Origin: Felis catus
Taxonomy: Eukaryota
Reading direction: 5' to 3'
DNA: 64,000 nt
Assembly: GCF_018350175.1 (NCBI RefSeq)
Contig: NC_058368.1
Span: 63,676,001 to 63,740,000, forward strand
The position numbers and the translations under genes were made by a program. The notes beneath the pieces were generated by a model that saw only the letters and a list, made by a program, of their open reading frames with translations, searched no databases and was not told the origin of the DNA. This document shows, one piece after another, positions 26,570 through 40,446 of this stretch; within the stretch, counting starts at the first letter, position 1; the number at the start of each line of letters is the position of its first letter.

Positions 26570-26790
26570 GAGTATAGTGAAATGGCACACAGCATCGTAG
26601 CCATAGTTCTGCCATCAGGGAATAGGGTGGCTTTGGACCAATTTCTTCGTTTCTCTGAGATCTGGTTTTCTCATCTGTAAAATGGGGCTAATAATTACAT
26701 AATGGGTCATGTGAGAAATGAACAAAATACCTGAAACTGAGCATTTTCTATGGTGCTTGGTAAATGCTAAACATCAGGAAATGGTAATTT
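26570..26790 (+). mobile_element. MIR fragment
   Basis: ttttctcatctgtaaaatggggctaataat MIR core. Confidence 0.7.
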
Positions 26791-27522
26791 TTGATGGAAG
26801 AGAATGATCTCTAAAATAGGTGGGTTGATATTTAAGTGCCTTTGGGCTCTAAAGTGCTGTGATTCCCTGAAGACAGTAAAATCTTTAGTGTAGGAAATCA
26901 GTGTAAAATGGAAAATTGCTCGGAGTTGAAAAATTACTATTGTATTTATTATCTAACCACCCATTATATTTTTACAGGAACTATAAAAAGAACAGGGAAA
27001 ACACCATCCCAATCTCTAACAGCTTCCAGAGTAAGGTACACAAGACAAGGAAAAGTTTCACAGAGCATCCATAAAATAGATTGAGGGAAGTTAAATAGCA
27101 TATGTCATTAAAGAGACAATAATTATGAAAATACTTGGAATAGTTTAGTTCCATGGTGTTTTAGGAACTGATGTGATAAATGAATCACAGACATACTAAT
27201 TTTGGTAGGGAGATTAAAAAATGGGTAATAAAATGGGAATAGCAAACAGTAGCCCCAAGAATTCTAGGTTTATGTATGGTAGAGTGAGAGAGAACTTGAT
27301 TTATTTTGCTCATTCTGCAAAGACACGAAAAAGTAGAAGTTTTGAATTTTGAATTTGAATTGAATGATTTGGTGAAAATGTATTTGGTTCTTTTTAATGG
27401 TATAATGAGAAATGTTGTTCATGAAAAATATATGGTCAAGGTGTGGTGTTTCTTTTAGGTGATATATATATGTTGATATGAAAGCTTTTTACATTGAGAC
27501 ATGTTAGACATAGAATATTTTA

Positions 27523-27951
27523 TTTTTTTGGTATCTGTTTTTTAGAATTCTTTTTTCTTTAATTTAAATACAAGTTAGTTAACATATAGTGTAATAATGA
27601 TTTCAGGAATAGGATTTAGTGATTCATCACTTACATACAACACCCAGTGCTCATCCCAACAAGTGCCCTCCTTAATGTCCATCGCCTATTTAGCCCATCC
27701 CCCCACCGAACACCCCACCAGGATCCCTCAGTTCTCTGTATTTAAGAGTCTCTTATGGTTTGTCTCCCTTTCTGTTTTTATCTTATTTTTGCTTCGTAGG
27801 TTCATCTGTTTTGTTTCTTAAATTCCACATGTGAGTGAAATCATATGATATTTCTCAGACTGATTTATTTTGTTGAGCATAATACGCTCTAGTTCCATCC
27901 ACATTGCTGCAAATGGTAAGATTTCATTCTTTTTGATTGCCAAGTAATATT

Positions 27952-27993
<42 letters not shown>

Positions 27994-30525
27994 CATTTTC
28001 ATTATCCATTCAGCAGTCAATGGACATTGGGCTCTTTCCATACTTTGGCTACTGTCAGTAGTGCTGCTATAAACATTAGGGTGCATGTGCCTCTCTGAAT
28101 CAGCATTTTTGTATCCTTTGGGTAAATACCTAGTAGTGGAATTGCTGGGTTGTAGGCTAGTTCTATTTTCAATTGAGGAACCTCCATACTGTTTCCCAGA
28201 GTGGTTGCGCCAGGTTGCCTTCCCACCAGTGGTTCCAAAGGGTTCCTCTTTCTCTGTATCCTCACCAACATCTCTTGTTGCCTGAGTTGTTAATTTTAGC
28301 CACTCTGACAGGTGTGAAGTGGTATCTCATTGTGGTTTTGATTTGTATTTCCCTGAGGATGAGCAATGTTGAGCATTTTTTCATATGTCTGTTAGCCATC
28401 TGGATGTCTTCTTTGGAAAAGTATCTATTTGTGTCTTTTGCCAATTTATTCATTGGATTATTTGGGTTTTTTTGGGGGGGGGTGTTGAGTTTCATAAGTT
28501 GTTTATAGATTTTGGATACCAACCTTTTATCTGACATGTCATTTCCAATATCTTCTCCCATTCCATTGCTTGCCTTTTAGTTTTGCTGATTGTTTCCTTT
28601 GCTGTGCAGAAGCTTCTTATCCTGATGAGATCCCAACAGTTCAGTTTTGCTTTTGTTTCCCTTGTCTCCAGAGATATGTCTAGTAAGAAATTTCTTGGCT
28701 GAGGTCAAAGAGGTTGTTGGCTATATGTTTGTGGGTCCATTTCTGGGTTGTTTTCTCCCCTAAGATTTTGATGGCTTCCTGTCTTATGTTTTGGTCTTTC
28801 ATTCATTTTGAGTTTATTTTTGTGTGTGGTGTAAGAAAGTGGTCCGGGTTTCTTCTGCATCTCTGTCCAGTTTTCCCAACACCATTTGCTGAGGAGACCG
28901 TCTTTTTTCTATTGGATATTCTTTCCCACTTTGTCAAAGGTTAGTTGGCTATATGTTTGTGGATCCATTTCTGGGTTCTCTATTCTCTTCCATTGATCTA
29001 TGTTTGCTTTTCTTTTTCAACATTACTTTGGCTATTTGGGGTTTTTTCTGGTTCTGTACAAATTTTAGGAGTGTTTGTTCTAGTTCTGTGAAGAATGTGG
29101 GTGTTATTTTGATAGGGATTGCATTGAATATGTAGATTGTTTTGGATAGTATTGACACTTTAACAACATTTGTTCTTCCAAGCCATGAGCATGGAATGTT
29201 TTTTCCATTTGTTTGTGTTTTCTTCAATTTCTTTCATAAGCTTTGTATAGTTTTCAGTGTATAGATTTTTTACCTGTTTGGTTAGGTTTATTCCTAGGTA
29301 TTTTATAGTTTTTGGTGCAATTGTAAATGGGATTGATTCCTCGATTTCTCCTTCTCCTGCTTTATTATTGATGTATAGAAATGCAACCGATTTCTGTACA
29401 TTGATTTTATATTTTGTGACTTTGCTGAATTCACGTATCAGTTCTAGCATTTTTTTTTGGTGGAATCTATGGGTTTTCCACACAGAGTATGATGTCATCT
29501 GTGAAAAGTGAAAGTTTGACTTCCTCCCTGCCAGTTTGGGTGTTTTTAATTTCTTTTTGTTGTCTGATTGCTGAGGCTAGGACTTCTAATACTACATTAA
29601 ATAACAGTGGTGAGAGTGGACATCCTTGTCATGTTCCTGTCTTTAGGGGGAAAGCCCTCAGTTTTTCCTCAATGGGATGATATTAGCTGTGGGTCTTTTA
29701 TATATGGCCTTTATCATCTTGAGGTATGTTCCTTCTATCCCTACTTTCTTGAGGGTTTTTATCAAGAAAGGATGCTATATTTTATCAAATGCTTTTTGTA
29801 CATCTATTGAGAGGATCATGTGGTTCTTATCCTTTCTTTTGTTAATGTCATGTATTACATTGATTGATTTGTGGATATTGAACCAACCCTGCAGCCCAGG
29901 AATAAATCCCACTTGATCATGGTGAATAATCCCTTTATTTTATTGTTGGATTCAGTTTGCTAGTATCTTGTTGAGAATTTTTGCACCCATGTTTATCAGG
30001 GAAATTGGTCTGTAGTTCTTTTTAGTGGGGTCTTTGGCTGGTTTTGGAATCAAGGTAATGCTGGCCTTGTAGAATGAGCTCAGAAATTTTCCTTCCATTT
30101 CTATTTTTTGGAACAGCTTCAAAAGAATAGGTGTTAAATCTTCTTTAAATGTTTGGTAGAATTCTCCTGGAAAGCCACCTGGCCCTGGACTCTTGTTTGT
30201 TGGGAGATTTTTGATTACTGATACGATTTCTTGACTGGTCATGGGCCTGTTCAAATTTTCTATTTCTTCCTGTTTGAGTTTTGGTAGTTTATATGTTTCT
30301 AGGAATTTGTCCATTTCTTCCAGCTTGCCCAATTTGTTGGCATATAATTGGTCATAATATTCTCTTATTATTGTTTGTATTTCTGCAGTGTTGGTTGTGA
30401 TCTCTCCTCTTTCATTCATAATTTTATTTACTTGGGTCCTTTCCTTTTTATTTTTGATAAATCTGGCTAGGGGTTTATCAATTTTGTTAATTATTTCAAG
30501 GAACCAGCTCCTGGTTTCTCTGATC
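27523..30525 (-). mobile_element. 5'-truncated carnivore LINE-1 (ORF2 from upstream of the RT domain to the 3'UTR), disrupted
   Basis: ORFs 29952-30419 ([16 protein letters not shown]...NYRPISLIN), 29160-29498 (IKYLGINL), 28262-28561 and 28017-28271 are ORF2 pieces. Degenerate TSD agacatagaatatttta (27506-27522) / agacataaagtagttta (30526-30542). Confidence 0.93.
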
Positions 30526-30689
30526 AGACATAAAGTAGTTTACATTTGAACACTCATTAATAAATATTAAGTATCTGTTTATATGCTGATAAATGTTTTA
30601 GGCTAAGAAACTAAGCATAAAAGATCAAGAAAATATTAACAGACAATAATCCTGGGAAATCAAGTGAATTTAAGAATCTAATTTATTTT

Positions 30690-30906
30690 GGGGCACCTGG
30701 GTGGCTCAGTCAGGTAAGCATTCGACTTTAGTTCAGGTCGTGATCTCTTGGTTTGTGAATTTGAGCCCCGCATTGGGCTCTGTGCTGACAGCTCAGAGCC
30801 TGGAGCCTCCTTTGGATTCTGTGTCTCCCTCTCTCTTTGCCCCTCCCCAGCTCATGCTGTCTCTCTCTGTCTCTCAAAAATGAATAAAAACGTAAAAAAA
30901 AAAAAT
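30690..30906 (+). mobile_element. CAN-SINE
   Basis: ggggcacctgggtggctcagtc head, A tail; TSD aatctaat(t/a)tatttt at 30675-30689 and 30907-30921. Confidence 0.95.
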
Positions 30907-32562
30907 AATCTAATATATTTTTGCACAAAGTGACTGATTATTATTGTTCTGTTATAATCATTATGAGCATGATTAATTATATTATATTATCTTGCTATTA
31001 TTTTAATGATCAATATTCCCATCTTAGAGATGAGAAAGGTCTCCAGGAAGGTTGTTAAGTGCCTCAATGTTTTAGGTGAGATTTTACCCATGTCCTTGAT
31101 TCCATGTTTTTCCCTGAATTGAACAGCATTTAAAGCTTAGTTTATGGCACAGTTGTGTGGGTGATAAACAGCTTTGTGGGTAAACAGCTCTTTACAGTTC
31201 TAAATTGTAAGGACTATTTCATCACTTCTAATACACACATTCCTTAAAATATTTCACTATCTTACAAATCAGAATACATCTTAAAATTGATGTATTAGAT
31301 GGTACATCATAGTTTAATTGGCAGAATTTTCCCTTTCTAAATAGAAGACAAAATATTTTGAATACTGTAGTTCTAGATTTATGAAATATGGCATCTCATT
31401 TGCATATTTAAGAGTAGGTATATTGATTTGGGTAATACACATGAAGGAAATGTGATAGTCTGGGTCAGTCTGGTTAAGTGACTTTGAAATAGATAACATT
31501 TTTTCCTGGCATATTTCCTTTTACTCTTCCACAATTATGTTGAAAATTAGTTTACTTCAGTACCGCCATCATTATCTATCTGTTTTGTTTCTATAAAGTA
31601 TAAGAAGACAGGTGTACTCTTTGGTCCTTTGGAAGACAGAAATAGAATACAACCTAGTTAGTTTTACCACAGTTTAACTAACATGTAAAACCCTTTCAGG
31701 CAGAAACAATGTATAACATTTATCAACCCATCCCCACTCCTTTAAAAAAATAATGCTTAGTAAATGCTTCTGGAACTAAACCTAATTCAGCATGCACTGA
31801 GGGACACAAATGAGTCTTCAATCATCTAGTTCAAGCTGTGTGTGAGGTAATTGCTGTCAAAACCTCCAGAAAGTTTTCTGATATTTTATCTGTTTGTCTA
31901 TGAACTTGAATGATGAATATTTGCATTCTTTACTCTATTTTGTATGGCATTATTTTATATAAGACTTTAATACCATTTTAGAAGATTCAGAGTGAAATAA
32001 ATATTTTGACATTTTCTTTCATTAAGTGAAAGTTATGAATTTGTAATGATGCAGTTTAGCAGTAATTATGTATTCTCATTAAAATAAAACTCTTAGGCAA
32101 ACTGTAAGAGGAATTAAAAAACTCTCTTAATAGCTGCAGCTGGGACCAGTTTGGTTTTTAAGAATAGTGAAATTAAGGAGTATTTATTTAATATAGGCAA
32201 AGAAATTAGGAATGAATGAAATAGTAAATTATGGTGATGTTATCATTTATTATAATAGAGATTTCGTTGTTTTGAAACTTCAGATTTAATTGGGGTTTGG
32301 AATTTGGGATTTCTTAAATATTCATTAAATTTCCCTCTGAATTCAAATTTAATACAACCTATTTCTTACTCCTGATGATCGGTCTTTTTACCACTACCTT
32401 TTGTCTAGTATGTAAATATTTAACTTTAACACTGGGCCTACTGCTTGCACCTAAAACTTAACAAAGAATAAAAAAAGAGAAGAACTTTTTAATTTTTTTG
32501 AAGCTGAATTTATTTACCTGCCAGGCAAGGAAACAGTCACATGAGAGTGTGCATGCGTGCGT

Positions 32563-32563
<1 letters not shown>

Positions 32564-32600
<37 letters not shown>
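32564..32600. repeat. (CA)n microsatellite
   Basis: Direct reading. Confidence 0.97.
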
Positions 32601-32603
<3 letters not shown>

Positions 32604-33109
32604 CAGTGAAGAAATTCACTAAATAATTTGCTAAAGGGGCAAAGTTAGGGGATTTTATATGGTAAAATGTAGCATTTATGGTGACTATGCTAATTAAAGA
32701 TTGAGAGTTTGTTCTCCAAATAGGATAAATGCATGTGTAAGTCTGAATATAGTTGGTTAAAACACATCCTGTTTTTCAAATTAAATCCATTTATTTTATG
32801 GCCAAGAGCAAGTCTTAATTTAGGTCCAGTGAGGGTCTGGTACATTTGGGTCACCCCAAGGTCAGAGTCCATTTACAGCTTCAGCTTTTTCGGACCTGCC
32901 ATTGTGAAGCACGGCATTCAGTTTTCACATCTACCTGCACAGTGCTGAATTTACAACAAGCACACATCCATCCTTCTGTGTCTAGAAACAAGAAACAAAT
33001 CAACAACAAAGCTTTAACCCACATAGGCTTCTTTAAATTTGGGGGAATGATGACCAGGGAATGGACTCTATCTTTCTTTCTTCTAGTACTTCCCTGTCTT
33101 TTATTATGA

Positions 33110-33143
33110 TTATTGTTATTATTATTAATGTTTATTTATCTTT

Positions 33144-33195
<52 letters not shown>

Positions 33196-33335
33196 AAGCG
33201 AGCGAGCATGAGCAGGGGAGGGGCAGAGAGAGAGAGAGAGGGATCTGAAGCAGGTTCTGTGGTGACAGCAGAGAGCCCGATGCGAGGCTCAAACTCATGA
33301 GCTGTGAGATTATGACCTGAGCTGAAGTCAGATGA
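33110..33335 (-). mobile_element. CAN-SINE, head missing
   Basis: Long (GA)n and SINE body ending at gctgaagtcagatg. Confidence 0.88.
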
Positions 33336-33351
33336 CCTGTCTTTACTTATT

Positions 33352-34215
33352 GTTTCTAGTCAAACTTTAAATTTTGAGGTAATTGTAGATTCACACACAG
33401 TTGTAAGAAATCATACAGCCAGATCCCATGACCCTTTACCCACTTTCCCACAGTGGTGATGTTTTACAAAACTATAGTATAATATCACAACCAGGATTCT
33501 GACATTGATAAAGTCAGGATACAGAATGATTTATTAGCCAATGATTCCTCATGTTGCCATTTTATAACTATACCCACCTGCCTCCCACTATCCTTGACCT
33601 CTGGCCACCCCTACTCTGTTCTCCATTTTTATAATTTTGTCATTCCAAGAATGCCATATAAATGGAATCCTATAGTATATGACTTTTAGGGATTGGCTGT
33701 GTTTTTACTTGTCATAATTTCCTTCTGCCAACTAAATGCCAAGATTTATCCAGGTTGTTGTATCATTAGTTTATCTGTCACTATTGCTGAGGAACATTCT
33801 ATGCTATGCATGTACCTTAGTTTGTTTTGCAGTCATTGAAGAACATCTGGGTTGTTTCTAGTTTTTTCCATTAGGAATAAAGCTGCCATGAACATGTGTA
33901 CAGATTTTTGGATAAACACAGTTTTCATTACTCTGAGATAAATACCTAGGAGTGCAATTGCTGGATCTTACGGTAATTGCCTGTTCAGTTGTATAAGAAA
34001 CTACAAAATTGTTTTTCAGAGTGGCTGTACCATTTTACGTTCCCACCAGCAACGTGTGAGTGATTCACTTTCTCTGTGTCCTTGCCAGCATTTGTGTTAT
34101 TACTACCTTTACTTTAGCTGTTCTGATAGGTGTGTACTGATAACTCATTGTGTTTTCAATTTGCATTTCTTTTATGGCTAATGATGTTGAACATCTTTTT
34201 CATGTGCTCATTTCT
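33352..34215 (-). mobile_element. Old L1 (L1MB/L1MC-type) 3' end
   Basis: ttgaggtaattgtagattcacacacagttgtaagaaat 3'UTR, plus ORF2 end (agagtggctgtaccattttacgttcccaccagcaa). Confidence 0.85.
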
Positions 34216-35279
34216 CTGCCTCTTTAATATACACTAATTTACCTTTTCTGCTTACTCTCCCTTTCATCTATTACCCTGATCAGCAAATTTATAATTCAGC
34301 CCCCATCTATTTTGTGTCTACCTCTGCTTCTTGAGAAGCATAAAAGGGCTCACTGTTGCCTCCGGGGATGATGAATTCCCACCCTGAGAGGCTGATGTCT
34401 AGCCCAGAGCTCCGTCTGCTATGGGTGTCAGAGCTGTCGGTTGTTGACGCAGTGCAGAGTTTTCCTGAATCCAAAACTCTGCTGAATGCTGCATTTAGGT
34501 TATGAAAAAGGGCTGTCTGTACCCAGTATTGCACAGAGTCTTCCCATTGAAACATTCTCCATTTGGTCTCCACAACTGCTTGGACAAGAGTGTGAGAGCA
34601 AGTAATCAACTCAGGAAGAAGCACACCACAGGAAAAAAGATGTCCTTAGAAGGCAAGCATAATATTCAAGGAGGCATTTCTGCCTTCAGCTAAACAGCCT
34701 GTTACATTACCCCCAAGCAAGTTCTCAGCTCCTTCATTAGATTATGGATCCTTTAGTTGACGCTCAGCTCCTCACCGCAAAACCTAGGATTGGGGCAGGC
34801 TGAGTTAATTAGGTTCACTGCAATAGGGGAGAACTATTCTGAAATCTCAGAAGATGGCAGTCAGAGGAGCATATTTTTAGGGTTAAAACCTTAAGGATTT
34901 TAGGATTAAAGCCTAAAGGCCCTGGACTAATGAGCTTTAAGGTGGGCCTTACAGCATAGGAAACTGTTTGGAATTGACAGAGTTTTTACTTAGCCATAAC
35001 TTTCGAATTGGTAGGTATCAACAGGTAAGGCTACCCAAATAAGTCCTAATGAGCAAGCTTGTTACTCCTGGTAAGTAACATGTTTGGTTGCTCATAGTCT
35101 ATCATAGTCTGTCACCCGGGAGTTGGGAATTCCTGGAGCATACAACTAGGTTATGTTGCTTTGTCTCAGTGAACTTACAGACGGGAAACTATAGCTGGTC
35201 CCAGCACTGCCATTATAGAGTAAGGGAATCATATTGTTTTAGTTCCCACTACTTTAAATATGCATAAGTAAATTGTACC

Positions 35280-36168
35280 TGTGCCAGTTAGACATTTTCT
35301 TTTTTGTCTTTTTATTGTTGTTGTTGTTGCCTCTCAGTCCTATCATTGCCTAGCTTGTGATACTGGAGTTAGATCATGTGAACATTTCTTCTTTGCCTGT
35401 AGGCATGATATTGAGCATTGTTAGTTGAAGGTGCTAGAAGGACACTGGAGGAGTTTTTCTTGCTGGTTCCAGTGTGATTGCTCCTGTTAGCATGCAGGAT
35501 CTCCAGTGACCCTCATCTCCAGCAAGTTCCAGTGACAACAGCATTGCAAAAAGCTTTGTGGAGAGTTTCTCTGGAAACCTGGAGGACAGTTTCCCACTCA
35601 CACCCCGTTCTGCTGGCCCCCTGAAAGGGAGTTTTCTTCTCACCAGCCCCAGCTTCTTTTTTTTTTTTTAATTTTTTTTTAACGTTTATTTATTTTTGAG
35701 ACAGAGAGAGACAGAGCATGAAGGGGGGAGGGGCAGAGAGAGAAGGAGACACAGAATCGGAAGCAGGCTCCAGGCTCTCAGCCATCAGCCCAGAGCCTGA
35801 CGCGGGGCTCGAACTCACAGACCGCAAGATCGTGATCTGGCTGAAGTCGGACGCTTAACCGACTGCGCCACCCAGGCGCCCCCCAGCCCCAGCTTCTAGC
35901 ACGTCAGCAGACTTTGTCATCATCCAGAAAGCTATCACTGTTCCCTCCCCAGTGGTGTCTGGATCTCAGTCCTGGGAGGAGCATGGGGCTTTTCCCAGAT
36001 CTGTTCCTCTCTTGAGTGCTCTGCGTCACTTCCGTATGAGCTATCTCTATATCTTTGAGAGCTCTCTTTACCTATTTATAGTCAATCTTTGTCCATACTT
36101 TATGTTGAGCTTTTTCTAGTGAAGTTGCTATGTGGTTTTTGCTTTCTGACTAAACCCTGGCTGATATA
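35280..36168 (+). mobile_element. ERV-L LTR (LTR41-like), interrupted by a SINE
   Basis: Starts tgtgccagtta...gcctctcag...aacatttcttctttgcc, ends tgtggtttttgctttctgactaaaccctggctgatata; directly followed by ERV-L internal sequence. Confidence 0.7.
35658..35883 (-). mobile_element. Young felid CAN-SINE (CpG-intact)
   Basis: Near-identical to 18126-18352; TSD cagccccagcttct at 35644-35657 and 35884-35897. Confidence 0.97.
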
Positions 36169-37205
36169 GAAATGCTACTGTATTGGTCTCAGGAGATACA
36201 CCCACAAAGATTGGAATTTGGGATTGGTTTGGTCATGCTCTAGGATTTGAACACAATGCTGAGCCTTTTGCTAATGGAAAATGGGATTCCAGGACTGTTG
36301 TATGCAGTGGAATCATATTAACCAATTTATCACCTGTGGGTGATTGCGATGAAGTGCCACAGGAAGCAAGTGCCTTGGAAGCTCACACAGCTGCCACATT
36401 TGAACGTTATGGTAGTAATGATGGCCATGAGGGCAGGGATATGGAATGAATTCTATTGAGCACACTAGGGTGCTCACAGAAAGAAAATGATGAGCTCAGG
36501 GGCCTTGAACTCCCAGCTAAAGTCATGGTCTAAGAACCAGAGAACTGCATGACAGCCTTAATAATGTCTTGTTTATTATAGGAACAGGGCTGATATTTCT
36601 AAAATTAAGTATAAAATTGCCTCGTATGGGTTGTTAAATTTTAACGCTAATTAATTCACAGTCCTACCATGTTTCTCATTTCAAAGTGAGGGCATTAATT
36701 GGTAGAGAATAGAGTCCTTTGCTTGGAATGGGGACATCTGATGTGACCCACATAAATGGACAGTCTTGAACCCCCACATCACTGTGAGCCTCCCTTACCA
36801 GTGACGTAGCTTGTCTGCCTATGTCCGAGGAGACTACCTTATCTTTGCTTGAAAATTTTGTGATAACCTCACCTGGGGCAGATGCTTTAAAAGTGGATGC
36901 TCATTTTCTTTAAGACTCACTACCACTGATGCTGGTTTTCTGGACTTATCACAAGGGGGATACGGCAACATGCTCCATGGGGATAGGTACACACTGTGAC
37001 TCAGGGTAAATAGTTTACAGACAAACAATGTGCAAGAATTTGTTCTTACATATCTGCAGAACTCTGGGGAACATGCATAAGAGTGAATCTGAAAGGTGTC
37101 AGGCCAAAGAGGATAGAATATAACAGTAAGTAAGGCTGAGTTGTTTGATATAAATGTACTTACTAATGTGTCCAGCTTTAATGTGTTAGCTTGTAAAACC
37201 ACCAG
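36169..37205 (+). mobile_element. ERV-L internal (gag) remnant
   Basis: attggaatttgggattggtt (GIWDW) start; cttggaatggggacatctg; ggaacatgcataagagtgaatctgaaaggtgt...gctgagttgtttgatat...tttaatgtgttagct. These are decayed ERV-L gag motifs (from recall). Confidence 0.7.
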
Positions 37206-37815
37206 TGATATATATATACCACTTTAATGCTTAATGCTATCTACTGTGTACCCATTACAAAGCCTTCAAAACAGTCTTGCACGTAGTAATTAAATATGTA
37301 TTTACTGAATTGACCCCAAAATCTTAGTTTCTGACTCCTAGAACCAAATATGTTCTCAAAAGAGAAAAGGAATAGTAGTAAATAAATAATAGCAAATTTA
37401 CACTGCAAGTAATAAGGGTAAAAGAGAACAAAGCCAGCCCAAAATATCTGATGTTGGTTTATGGATCACTAAAAATGTAAAAGAGAATAACTATACCATA
37501 AAAAGTCATACAACAATGTATACATACTCACCTTCATGATTACATAGGGAAAGTATCAAACATTTAGAAAAAGAAAAAGAGATCATAAGCAGAAATGTAT
37601 TATCTAGCTAGCATATGTGCTATGTTTGACTATTGCTTCTTACATTTCTTACTAGTTCCTAAGTGAATAAGATGACTAGAAAAGTAAGCAGTTATGCTCC
37701 TAGAAATAACCCAGAAACTTAAAAAGCTCCTGTGGATAGGATCATATGTATAAGATCTCTCTTCCTGGACTCAAACTTGTGTCTTAAACTTCTTATTTTA
37801 AAATGAAGGACACAG

Positions 37816-37979
37816 GGGTGCCTGGGTGGCTCAGTTGGTTGAGCATCCGACTTCGGTTCAGGTCAGATCTCACGGCTCATGAGTTCAAGTACCGCATTGG
37901 ACTCTGTGCTGATAGCTTGGGGCCTGGAGTCTGCTTCAGATTCTGTATCTCCCTCTTTCTTTGTTCCTCCCCTGCTTGC

Positions 37980-38016
<37 letters not shown>

Positions 38017-38037
38017 AATAAATAAACATTAAAAAAA
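37816..38037 (+). mobile_element. CAN-SINE
   Basis: Head ggggtgcctgggtggctcag, (CT)n, A tail; TSD taaaatgaaggacacag at 37799-37815 and 38038-38054. Confidence 0.96.
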
Positions 38038-40297
38038 TAAAATGAAGGACACAGACTAGAAAAATTTTCTAGGACACATATATTATTCTTCATCATAGAG
38101 GAAAAGATGTTTCTCCATTTAAAGTAATATCCTATGTTACCCTTTTATCTTAAAATATTATTTATTATAATGAATTATGTTTAGATTTAATGTTTATTGC
38201 CACAAGATAGTAATAGCTAACAATAAATTCAGGTTTCAAGTTTTATCAAATCCTTGTTTCTAATTTTACTCCTGGCTGAAAATTACAACTATTTTGAGTA
38301 ACTTGCAAGTTTATGTGATTTCTGTTTTTAGGAAACTGTAAATCAACCTGTTAGTCACGGGATGTACAGACTAACATACACAAACAGATGAACATGCACA
38401 GATAGAGATTGCCTGCTAACTAATGTCTAAACAAGGAAAAAATAATGTCATGAATTATGCTTTACTGTTCTTTGAAATAGCATGTTAGCAAAAACACTAA
38501 TGAAATGATTTTAGATTTCCTTAGTTTTTTTGATGCTGGCGGATATTCCATATCTCAGAGATCTTTCAGTGTTGATAATGTGTAAATCAAGATTGTGTAT
38601 TTAATTAAATGAAACTGATAACACCTTCACAGAAGTTGAAACAGTACTCTAACTTACAAATGGAACAACTTAATTCCCATACATTTTGTGGGGGACACTT
38701 AAATACTTCTAAGAAATTGACATAATAAGGAGTATATGTATAGACACACCCTTTCTGACACATATGTCAACAGAGGAGCACCGAACCTTGTAATCCGTAT
38801 TTCTGTTGGCAATACCAGCAACCATCTTTGCCTCTTTACCTGCAGCAGGTTGTCTATTCCCTTCCCTCCGACCAATTCCCTCCTCAGCATTGCTGCTTGC
38901 CTACTCTGGCCCTCATTAGAGTTTCAGCTGGATTCTCTCATCATGACTAGTGCTTAATGCCTCTGCAACTAGAGTTGGAAATGAGCGTTTTGCCTCTGGT
39001 TCTCCACAGCTTCCCGACCCCCAACCTCAGCCAACTACTCTTTGGGGTTTCCACAAAATTGCCTTATTATTGGCACCATGCCATCAAGGAATCTGGAAAG
39101 AGTTCCAAAAGGGTGGATTTAAAAAGCATGTAGATGACCATACCCAATGGCTCGCTTGAACGTATTTGTTGACAATTAAGACTGTTCTTATATCAAGGGT
39201 CTTGCTGTGGTGATTTCTACCTTTGAGTGAATTCTCTGCTCCCCTCCCCCCGGCCTCCCACTCCTGTCTACCATTATCTTAGCAGTGAATTTTATTCTTA
39301 GGAGAAGTTTCCATCATTAAGCCACAATATATTGTATTAATTAAATGTCAGGTATGACCTATACCAGACTCCTTAACGGGTGGATCTTGACCCACTGGTA
39401 TGTCATGTAGAGGTAACAAATGTGTTAACATAATGATGAGTTCAGCCTTTGGGACAACACCGGCAGGGTCTGGTTACATCGGGGCACAAACAGCCTGATC
39501 ACCTTAATTCTGTATAGAAGGTTAGTACTATATTCTTTAGGAGGCTGATACTTTCTACAATTTCAAGTAGTATCCCTGGGATATAGATAGATATGAATAA
39601 TGTAGATAAAGATTTAGTGGTCTAAGAAAATAATTGGAAGACATGAATGAGTTTCAGTGTATTTGCGGAGCAATCTCAGGAGCTCGTAACTCAGAATAGC
39701 ATGTGGCAGAATAAATCATCTGCTGACTGTTTCTTAATCTCTGCCATCTTAATGGAATAGCAAGTTTGCTTATAGGTATCCCTGAGATATAGGTGTAAAT
39801 GGAGATTAATTATATATTTAAATTTCTTTCCAGATATCAGATACATGATTTTGCATTCTAAAATGATCAAGCATAATACTGCTTTTTGTTTAGTCTTTAA
39901 GTGATTTATTGGTCTTCCCAATACGTTGCCTTCAAATTATACTATAATGTAAATAAATTAAAATAGTCACTTTTTTAATTAAATGGAATACTGAAAGGGA
40001 GCAAACTAAGTGCTGGTTTTTTTCTAGGTCATGGTTTTGATTTTTAAGTATTTATATTTTAATGAAAAATTGGAGTTTATTCTTCTTAAATGACATGCAG
40101 TTGTTAGAGAAAGTTTGAATTGTTGCTTTTATGATAGAACATGCTTTGGGGTCCAGGTGGTAACAGAGCTGTTAACCAACTAATTGTTAGTGGCCTAAAC
40201 AGTAGAGATACCTTATTCCATTATTACAGGAGTGTAGTTAAATGGTGCCAGAGTTATCAGAGTATCAGAGAAAGAGAAGTCACTGCTTTTCTCCTTG

Positions 40298-40446
40298 GTT
40301 TTTTTTTTTTTTTTTTTTAGTGAGAGAGAGAAAAAAGGGTGTGTGTGTGATGGGGGAAGGGACAGAGATCCCAGGACCCTGGAATTATGACCTGAGCTGA
40401 AATCCAGGGTCAGAAGCTCAACTGACAAGAGTCACTCAGGTGCCCG
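40298..40446 (-). mobile_element. CAN-SINE, short/internally deleted
   Basis: T tail; atgacctgagctgaaatc...gagtcactcaggtgccc. Confidence 0.85.

Noticed and set aside
26978..27030. Possible 53-nt plus-strand exon (ttttacag|...|gtaagg)
   Set aside because: Such motif pairs are expected by chance in 64 kb and the peptide is unrecognised.
30690..30780. tRNA-like A/B boxes
   Set aside because: SINE heads, not tRNA genes.
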